Source of the DNA: Kofleriaceae bacterium | GTDB lineage: Bacteria > Myxococcota_A > Polyangia > Haliangiales > Haliangiaceae | NCBI GenBank assembly: GCA_046597055.1 | Contig: JBKJLC010000052.1 | Span: 1 to 64,000 of the forward strand | DNA length: 64,000 nucleotides | Direction of reading: 5' to 3' | In this document: one piece after another, positions 57,232-64,000 of the stretch | Layout of the letters: the number at the start of each line of letters is the position of its first letter | Numbering within the stretch: the stretch's first letter is position 1 | Translations under genes and position numbers: made by a program | Notes under the pieces: generated by a model | Told to the model about the DNA's origin: nothing | Databases searched by the model: none | The model's input: the letters and a program-made list of their open reading frames with translations, nothing else

Positions 57232-58101
57232 TCACCTCCGCGCGAACGCGAACCCGCCGGCGATCACGTAGCTGCGCCCGAGCACCAGGGCGCGCTGGCC
57301 GCGTTGCGCGGACAGACTGCCCAGCACCGACGCACCCAGGCCTGCGTCCTCGAGCAGCGCCGCGCCCGCGACACAGACCGACTCCGGGGCGTTCATGAGC
57401 AGTCCGACCCCGACGCGCAGCAGCCGCTCGACATCGTTGACCCGCCCCGCGTAGTGCACGAGCCCGCGCCAGCCGGCCGAGCCGTCCCGGATCACCCGAT
57501 CGAAGCGCTCGGCGAGCGTGCGTGGATCGTGGGGCCGCCCAGAGACGTACAGCGATCGCATCGGCTCGTCGTACTGCACCAGCAACGGATGCTGGGTGAC
57601 CAGCTCGGCCCCGTCGTACTCCGCGCTCGCAAACGTAGCCTCGACCTTGTCCTCGAAGTGAACCCGCCACCGAGTTCCGGACCCGTCCTGCAGGTCCCAG
57701 TACGTGGTCTGTCGCCGCTCGATGGTCCCGGGCCCGATCAACTCGTCCGGCAAGTCCCCCACGTGCAGCATCGACCGCGCCCGCTCGCTGTTGGCCTGCG
57801 CGATCGCCTCGAGCACGCTGCTGAAGTCTCGCTGCTCGCACCCGTACGCACCGATCGTGCCGCGCTCGGTGAACGGGCTCCGGTTGAAGCCGTCCTCGAT
57901 GTCGTTGAACCACAGCACCTCGTCGCCGTCGATCGCGACCGCCCAGAACCCACCGCCCTCGTCCCCCCACGGACTGCAGCGCCACTTCTCGGGCTGGATG
58001 CGGATCTGCCCCCACACCGCGCGGACCTCGTCGTCGCGTTCGGCCAGCGCTGCTTCGATCTCCGCGACGAGGTCCTCGCGTGACAGCGGCTCCCAGGACA
58101 T
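57232..58101 (-). CDS. Hypothetical two-domain protein (immunity-like N-terminal domain)
   Basis: I.P.KW...PWGDEGGGFWAVA..G..V.W+NDIE.GFN; ATG at 58101. Confidence 0.65.
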   Translation of the reverse strand: MSWEPLSREDLVAEIEAALAERDDEVRAVWGQIRIQPEKWRCSPWGDEGGGFWAVAIDGDEVLWFNDIEDGFNRSPFTERGTIGAYGCEQRDFSSVLEAIAQANSERARSMLHVGDLPDELIGPGTIERRQTTYWDLQDGSGTRWRVHFEDKVEATFASAEYDGAELVTQHPLLVQYDEPMRSLYVSGRPHDPRTLAERFDRVIRDGSAGWRGLVHYAGRVNDVERLLRVGVGLLMNAPESVCVAGAALLEDAGLGASVLGSLSAQRGQRALVLGRSYVIAGGFAFARR

Positions 58102-58105
58102 GGGC

Positions 58106-58762
58106 TCACTCGGTCGCGGCAGCGGCGATCGCGCCGCCGATGGCAGCGATGATCGCCTCGAGCGCCACGCCCGGCTGCCGCAGGCCACGCGCCGCGATGA
58201 CCAGGCCACGCGCGACTGACACGGGTGCGGGCCAGTCGTCGTACGAGTCACCGTCGGCGGCCCCCCGCTGCGGCTCACCGCGGAGCGCCGCCAGCGCGCA
58301 CTGCCCGACCTCCACGTACCAGAAGTACGCCTGCGCGTCGGCGGGCCGCACGTCGTCGTCCCAGGCGTGGAGCTGGCGAGTCCCATCGAACGCGTCGTCG
58401 ACCGCGTCGCGGTGCTCCGGGTCGGGATCGCGGGCCTGCGCGGCTGCCACGATCAACTGGCTCTCCACCGGCGCCCCGTCGACCGACGGCGTCCCCGCGC
58501 TGTAGCCGAGGTCGGTGAGCTCGTCGCCGCCGGCCGCCAGCACCCGCGGCAACCCGTGCTGGGCGGCGGCGACCAGCGCGATCACCCCGGCCGACCCATC
58601 CTGCTCGGCGAGGGCGCGGCCCCAGCGCTCGAGCCCGACCAGCAGCGGCGCGTCCGCGTGCGCCCACGGCGGCGGCCCGTCGCCGGCCGCGAGCCGCCGC
58701 AGCTCGTCGAGAAAGGCGGCGGCACCGGCGCGGCGCAGGATCTCGACCGAGTCAGGTTGCAT
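58106..58762 (-). CDS. Hypothetical protein
   Basis: Host-like codon bias from MQPDSVEIL; adjacent and co-oriented with the 57232-58101 gene. Confidence 0.6.
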   Translation of the reverse strand: MQPDSVEILRRAGAAAFLDELRRLAAGDGPPPWAHADAPLLVGLERWGRALAEQDGSAGVIALVAAAQHGLPRVLAAGGDELTDLGYSAGTPSVDGAPVESQLIVAAAQARDPDPEHRDAVDDAFDGTRQLHAWDDDVRPADAQAYFWYVEVGQCALAALRGEPQRGAADGDSYDDWPAPVSVARGLVIAARGLRQPGVALEAIIAAIGGAIAAAATE

Positions 58763-58879
58763 GCGCGAAGCGTCGCACGCGTGAGGGATCGGGTGGCGGC
58801 CGGGTCTCACCCCAGGCCGCAACCCACCGGATCGCGCGCGCATGGCCCCCGGCCGGCGCACCGCGGTAGCCTCGCAGCG

Positions 58880-59527
58880 ATGCCCACTGCGCCATCCCTC
58901 GCCGACCGGCTGCCGCCCCCGGCTGCGCTCGAGCGCCGCTTCGTCGCCCTGGCCACGCTCGACGCCCTGCTCTCGCCCGACTGGGAGTTTCGCTACTACG
59001 CATTCAACCGGCGGTGGGACGAGGCGCAGGGCACCCGCATGGCCTCGATGCGCGACGGCTCGGGCGACGACCTGTTCGCGCTCTTCTATCCCGACGGCAG
59101 CGCGATCCTGAAGGGCTTCGCCCACGAGTCGCGCGCGCTCGACGGCCGGCCCGCGATCACGGGCGTGCTCGACGGGGTCCCCGACCGATTCGCCGGGTTC
59201 CTGGCCGAGCCTGCGTTCGACCTGACCGCCGCGACCTGCTGTCTCTGGAACGCCGGGGACGGCTGGCGTCGCAGCGCCACCGTCGCCGCCGCCGCGCTCG
59301 CCGTCGACGGCTCCGACCAGCTCCTCGCCCACCTGCTCGGCACCGCCGCGGACTACGCCCGGCACGTCGCGGAGTACTTCGAGGCCGAGGTCCCGCCGCA
59401 GGTCGTCGCCCGCTTCTTCGCGCTCGAGGCCCTGACGCCCGAGCTGGCCGCGGCGCTGCACGTCGAGGCCGACCTCGACGCCATCCCCGGCGACCTCGAC
59501 GAGATCGGCTATCCAGTCCAGCGGTAG
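58880..59527 (+). CDS. Conserved hypothetical protein (immunity-like)
   Basis: LDA.LSP.WE.RYY.FN..W, MRDGSGD, +KGF.HES, L.EIGYP. Confidence 0.75.
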   Translation: MPTAPSLADRLPPPAALERRFVALATLDALLSPDWEFRYYAFNRRWDEAQGTRMASMRDGSGDDLFALFYPDGSAILKGFAHESRALDGRPAITGVLDGVPDRFAGFLAEPAFDLTAATCCLWNAGDGWRRSATVAAAALAVDGSDQLLAHLLGTAADYARHVAEYFEAEVPPQVVARFFALEALTPELAAALHVEADLDAIPGDLDEIGYPVQR

Positions 59528-59531
59528 CGCC

Positions 59532-60344
59532 TCACTTGCCGAAGGCGAACCCGAGCCCCAGGTCGAGCTGCGGCCCGTAGTGACCGTTGGCTTCCCCGGT
59601 GAACGCGTCGCCGACCCGCGCGGTGACGTGCGCGCCGCCACCGAGGTCGACCGTGGCGCCCGCCGCGACCGTGAAGGCCAACCCACTGGTGTTGGCGACC
59701 GCGCCGGGATCCTCGTTGTCCTCGGTCTGGCCGGAGACCTGTGCCGGGACGTCGGTCTCCGACGCCAGCCCGGCCGACCCGAACAGCGTCACCGCGCCGC
59801 GGCGCAGGCTGGGCACCAGCGCGGTCCGGACCAGCACCGAGGTGTCTCGACTCACGCCGCTGAACGATCCGGTCCGCGCGATCGGCGTCGAGTGGGCGCC
59901 GACGTTGGCCAGCCAGCCGAGGCGAACCGCGCCGCTGCGGGAGAGGCGGGTCGAGACGCGGACCGCCAGCGCGACGTCCATCGCGACCTCGTCCGGTGCG
60001 TCGATCGCCTCACCGCTGCGGGTGGTGGCCGACGGCGCCCACGAACCGTCCGCCTCCACCCCGAGGTCGGCGTCGCGCCCGACCCGGCGGCGCAGCGCCC
60101 CGCCGACCTGATGCCGGGTGACCGCGGCACCGCTGGAACTGAAGCGCGCCGGGCCCGCACCGCCGCCGCTCGCGGTGGTGGTGGCCGCGTGCCCCTCGAT
60201 CCGGGTGCGCCCCTCGAGGGGCTGCCCGTCGCCGAGCGCCGCCCGCGGCGCCGACACGCTGCCGCGCTGGTTGACCTGGTAATCGGAGCTGGCCGATCCG
60301 GCGAGGGCAAGGACGGCGGCAGCGAGGATCGTGCATCGAAGCAT
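59532..60344 (-). CDS. Exported hypothetical protein, probable outer-membrane beta-barrel
   Basis: Signal peptide; alternating amphipathic strands; C-terminal LDLGLGFAF. Confidence 0.6.
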   Translation of the reverse strand: MLRCTILAAAVLALAGSASSDYQVNQRGSVSAPRAALGDGQPLEGRTRIEGHAATTTASGGGAGPARFSSSGAAVTRHQVGGALRRRVGRDADLGVEADGSWAPSATTRSGEAIDAPDEVAMDVALAVRVSTRLSRSGAVRLGWLANVGAHSTPIARTGSFSGVSRDTSVLVRTALVPSLRRGAVTLFGSAGLASETDVPAQVSGQTEDNEDPGAVANTSGLAFTVAAGATVDLGGGAHVTARVGDAFTGEANGHYGPQLDLGLGFAFGK

Positions 60345-60356
60345 GGCCCGACCTCT

Positions 60357-60372
60357 TTCAGGTCTCGTGCCG
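60357..60372 (-). promoter_or_regulatory. sigma54-like promoter (variant -12 GA)
   Basis: Minus strand CGGCACGAGACCTGAA, 12 nt upstream of the ATG at 60344. Confidence 0.45.
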
Positions 60373-60593
60373 CGCCCCACGCGCAAGCGTCTCGCCGACT
60401 TCGCCGCCACCCCGTGGTGGGACCTGACGCGAGATCTGACACGCACCTGTCGACCCGATCTTGCCTACCACCCGACGCGTCGCTGGTTGCCCCCGTCTAC
60501 CGACCCTGCCGGTGGCACCCCGCGTCGCGCGCGCTCGTACGCCCAGCCACCCCGGGTTGTCGCCCGCCCCTCCCCTGTGCGACGTTCGCCCGC

Positions 60594-60692
<99 letters not shown>

Positions 60693-60877
60693 CGATTCCT
60701 GTTCGAGTCCGTGGGCTTGCGCGGTGACCGCGCAGACTCCGCGCTCGCGTTTGGCAATTTCTCGACGAGAAACCCGATGCGCTCCGTGGAAACCGGTGCG
60801 CCCCCGACGGTAGCCCGCACGAACGCACCTACGTCACTGGCGCTCCCGCGTCAGTCTCGGCACGTAGCATCGGCCCG

Positions 60878-63394
60878 ATGTCTGTCGACTCCCTCCCCCC
60901 TCCGATCGTCAGGCCGATCGATCGGATCCAACAGGTGCTGTCGCGCGCGGCGACGCACGGCACCTTCGCGACCCGGCACACCGCCGAGATCTCCGAGCTT
61001 CACCTGGACGTGGTCGGCGTCGGCGCGGTGCCGCTGCCGCTCTCGTCGCGGATGGCACGGAAGCTGTGCGAGGTCGCCAAGCCGGCGCGTTATGGTCTGC
61101 GCGAGAAGACGCTGCTCGATCGGCGCGTGCGCGACACGTGGGAGATCGAGAAGCGCCGGATCAAGCTCGACACGCGACGCTGGAAGCGCACGCTCGATCC
61201 GACGCTCACGTTGATCGCGCGGGACCTCGGATTGCCCACCGACGCGAAGCTGCGTGCCGAGCTGCACAACCTGCTCCTGTACGGCCCGGGCCAGTTCTTC
61301 GCCCCGCACCAGGACTCCGAGAAGGCCGACGGGATGATCGGCTCGCTTGTCGTCTTGCTGCCGTCGGACTCGAGGGGCGGCGCGCTCGTCGTCGAGCACC
61401 ATGACGAAGCCGTCAGCGTTCGCGGCTCATCGCGTCAGCTCGTGCTGGCCGCGTTCTACGCCGACTGTCGGCATGAAGTGAAGCCGGTCACCAGCGGATA
61501 CCGCGCCGCGCTGACCTACAACCTGTTCATCGATCGCGCGACGAGCGCCCCGCCGCGACCGGCCACGAAGCCGCTCGACACGCTCACCGAGCTCGTCCGC
61601 GACCATTTCGCGTCGCCGCGCCCGTCACGCGGCCCGCTGTGGCCCTCGCGGGGCGCGCCCGAGCGCCTCGTGTACCTGCTCGACCACGAGTACACGCAAG
61701 CCGGCCTGTCTTGGCGGCAGCTCAAGAGCGGCGACGCGGGGCGTGCGGCTTTGCTGCGCGAGGTCGCCGCCCGCCTCGACTGCGAGATCGTGCTCGCGCT
61801 CGCCGACGTGCACGAGACCTGGTCGTGCGAGGACGACTGGGAGGATCGCGGATGGCGGCGACGGCGCTCCGGGTACGGCCGCGACGAGGACGACGTTGAT
61901 GGAGGCGACGAACAGGAAGGCCAGCGCGTCGGCCGCGGCGAGGCCCACACGCTGCTCGAGCTCTGCGACTCTGACATCGAGCTGCGCCACTGGGTCGCGC
62001 CCTCGGACAAACGCGTCCCGACGATCTCCGACGAAGTGGCCGGCGATGAAATCTGCTTCACCAAGCCCAGCGTCGAGCTTGCGCCGTTCAAGTCCGAGCA
62101 CGAGGGGTACACGGGCAACGCGGGGAATACAGTCGATCGCTGGTATCACCGCGCCGCGGTGATGCTGTGGCCGCGAACGAGAACGTTCGCGATCCGTACG
62201 AAGGCCTCGCCGGCGTGGGGCATCAAGACGATCGCCACGGCGCTTGCCCGGGGCACAGGTAGCGTGGCCAGGCGCGACCTCGCGGAGGTGCTCCCGTTCT
62301 GGCGTGAGGTCGCGCCCCGCGAGGCCGCACCTGGCTTCATCGAACAGCTCCTTCAGGTTGCCGCCGAGATCGACGACGCGACGCTCGCGGCTGCGCTCGT
62401 CGAGCCGATCGCGATCGAGCGCATGACGCCGCCCATGGCGAAGCGCTGGATCACCCTGCTCGCGAGGTACGGCATCGAGTGGTCCGAAGGCGTGTTCGCG
62501 CGCTGGAGCACGCGACCGGAGCGCGGCGGAGAACCTCGGTCGCGCGAGGACTGGCTCGTCTCGCTGCCGAAGCTGTGCGCGCCGCTGTGCACGAGCGGCG
62601 CCGAGGACGCCATCGCGCTGGGCCGCTGCATCGTGCGCGCCCAATGGGCCTGGATCGAAGCGAGACTCGGGCGCTGGATGGAGGAACCCGTCTCGAGCTC
62701 CGCGCTCAGGGCAAGCGAAGCGATGAGCCGCCCGATCGTCGGCCTGCTCGGCGCCGCGGGCCTCACCGGCGATCACAAGCTCCAGACGACGATCGTGGAG
62801 CGTCTCACCATGGCACGCGGGTATCCGGTCGCAGGCGCCCTCGCGGTGCTTCGCGCTGGAGCCCATGGCGGCGCGTCGCTCGGCCTCGCACCGTTGCACG
62901 AAGACTGCGCGCGCGTGCTTGGCAAGCTCCTCGAGACGCCGCCCCGCACGCCGGAGGACTGGTCGATCCCTACGACCTTGCGGTGCAAGTGCGAGCTGTG
63001 CTCGCGCCTGACCCGCTTCCTCGAAGCCGAAACCGAGCAGGTGTTCGAGTGGCGCCTTGCCAAGGATCGTCGCGCGCACGTTCATCAGCAGCTCACGAGT
63101 TATGAGCTCCCGGTCACCCACGTGACCCGCCGCGTTGGCAGCCCCCACACGCTGGTGCTGACGAAGACGCGGGCGTTGTTCACCCGCGATGCGGCAGCGC
63201 GGGCATCGTGGGCCCGCGACCTCGCGTGGTTGCGCGAGGCCGCCGGGACGTCCACGGCGGGGACGCCACCATCGCTTCGAGGAACGGTAGGCGGTCGCGG
63301 GAAGTCGCGCCGACCGACCGCGCCAACCACGCTCGACGTGCCTCGATCAGGGGCTGCCACGACGCTGCGACGGCCGCGATCTAAACGGAAGTAG
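60878..63394 (+). CDS. Large 2OG-Fe(II) oxygenase-domain protein
   Basis: LLLYGPGQFFAPHQDSEK (HxD), GGALVV, HEVKPV.SGYR (distal H, R); C-terminal CKCELC. Confidence 0.85.
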   Translation: MSVDSLPPPIVRPIDRIQQVLSRAATHGTFATRHTAEISELHLDVVGVGAVPLPLSSRMARKLCEVAKPARYGLREKTLLDRRVRDTWEIEKRRIKLDTRRWKRTLDPTLTLIARDLGLPTDAKLRAELHNLLLYGPGQFFAPHQDSEKADGMIGSLVVLLPSDSRGGALVVEHHDEAVSVRGSSRQLVLAAFYADCRHEVKPVTSGYRAALTYNLFIDRATSAPPRPATKPLDTLTELVRDHFASPRPSRGPLWPSRGAPERLVYLLDHEYTQAGLSWRQLKSGDAGRAALLREVAARLDCEIVLALADVHETWSCEDDWEDRGWRRRRSGYGRDEDDVDGGDEQEGQRVGRGEAHTLLELCDSDIELRHWVAPSDKRVPTISDEVAGDEICFTKPSVELAPFKSEHEGYTGNAGNTVDRWYHRAAVMLWPRTRTFAIRTKASPAWGIKTIATALARGTGSVARRDLAEVLPFWREVAPREAAPGFIEQLLQVAAEIDDATLAAALVEPIAIERMTPPMAKRWITLLARYGIEWSEGVFARWSTRPERGGEPRSREDWLVSLPKLCAPLCTSGAEDAIALGRCIVRAQWAWIEARLGRWMEEPVSSSALRASEAMSRPIVGLLGAAGLTGDHKLQTTIVERLTMARGYPVAGALAVLRAGAHGGASLGLAPLHEDCARVLGKLLETPPRTPEDWSIPTTLRCKCELCSRLTRFLEAETEQVFEWRLAKDRRAHVHQQLTSYELPVTHVTRRVGSPHTLVLTKTRALFTRDAAARASWARDLAWLREAAGTSTAGTPPSLRGTVGGRGKSRRPTAPTTLDVPRSGAATTLRRPRSKRK

Positions 63395-63707
63395 CGCAGC
63401 GGCCATGAGCCGATCTGGCAACACCACACCTCCGCCACCTGCGCTCCCCTGCGCATGTCGTAGTGATGATGGAGAAACCGGCAGCCTTGTGTTAGGGAGC
63501 GGGCCTGACGACGGGAACAATGGCTGGGCCGAGCGCGCTGCGTGATGGGCCGGGTCTGGGACGCCATCAGGCAGGAAGTTGGCCCTGGCCGGATGGTCGA
63601 CGACGATGTCGCCGCGTTCGCAAGGGCTGGGCACATCGCTCGCCGAAAATAGGTGACGCCGAAGGTGCGCCAACACCGACGGCGTCGTGTCCTCGATCGC
63701 CCCGTGC

Positions 63708-64000
63708 GTGACGGCAACCAAGAACACTTCCCTCATCGTCTACCGCGCCCGCGACGTCAAGGCCTGGCTGCATCGACCACCTACGGTCGAGGAGGCACGA
63801 CCCGGGCGGTGTCCGCGGTGCGACGCGGCCAGCCGGCCGGTGGGCTGCGGGCGTGGCTTACACGGCCACGGCCTCCGCGACCGGCCGCTCGCGGTCGGCG
63901 ACGCCTCGACGGAGACCTGGATCGCCTGTCGGCGCTGCCTGTGCACGACCTGCGGCGCCGTGCTCATGGTCGTGCCCAGCGGCCTTGAGCCGCGACGGCA
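63708..64000 (+). mobile_element. Partial zinc-ribbon gene typical of the first ORF of DDE-transposase/AAA-ATPase transposons (runs off window)
   Basis: Manual translation ...PPTVEEARPGRCPRCDAASRPVGCGRGLHGHGLRDR...RRCLCTTCGAVLMVVPSG...; two CxxC pairs plus HG. Confidence 0.55.

Noticed and set aside
60698..60715. Second T-loop-like GTTCGAGTCC right after selC (possible att remnant)
   Set aside because: Flanks do not form a T stem and do not duplicate the selC 3' end

Overview
High-GC bacterial DNA, most likely Myxococcota (Haliangium/Kofleriaceae-like). That assignment is inferred from eukaryote-type Ser/Thr kinases, sigma54 regulators, Cys/Asp-rich lipoproteins and ribosomal-protein insertions. 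About 3.5-19.6 kb (minus strand) is the tRNA(Thr-Tyr-Gly-Thr)-tuf-S10-spc-alpha ribosomal supercluster. It is non-canonical: the tRNA-led tuf runs straight into rpsJ, rplC is absent between rpsJ and rplD, and adk and infA are absent after secY. The region from 19.7 to 57 kb holds mixed housekeeping and accessory genes. These include a fused double ATP-grasp (Ddl-like) ligase, a sigma54 two-component pair, NUDIX/SDR/cyclase-like genes, gcvT-gcvH, two TonB-domain proteins, a lipoprotein/receptor-type kinase/PP2C module, WS/DGAT, metB, a kinase-PD40 fusion, osmC, an ABC exporter, a CAP protein, rbgA and a Tat-signal TldD with TldE. The last 7 kb contain small immunity-like hypothetical genes, a stand-alone tRNA-Sec (selC), a large 2OG-Fe(II) oxygenase and the start of a zinc-ribbon gene typical of transposon left ends, possibly the edge of an island. 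No CRISPR array or rRNA was seen. Product calls come from motif recognition by eye; no database searches were run.
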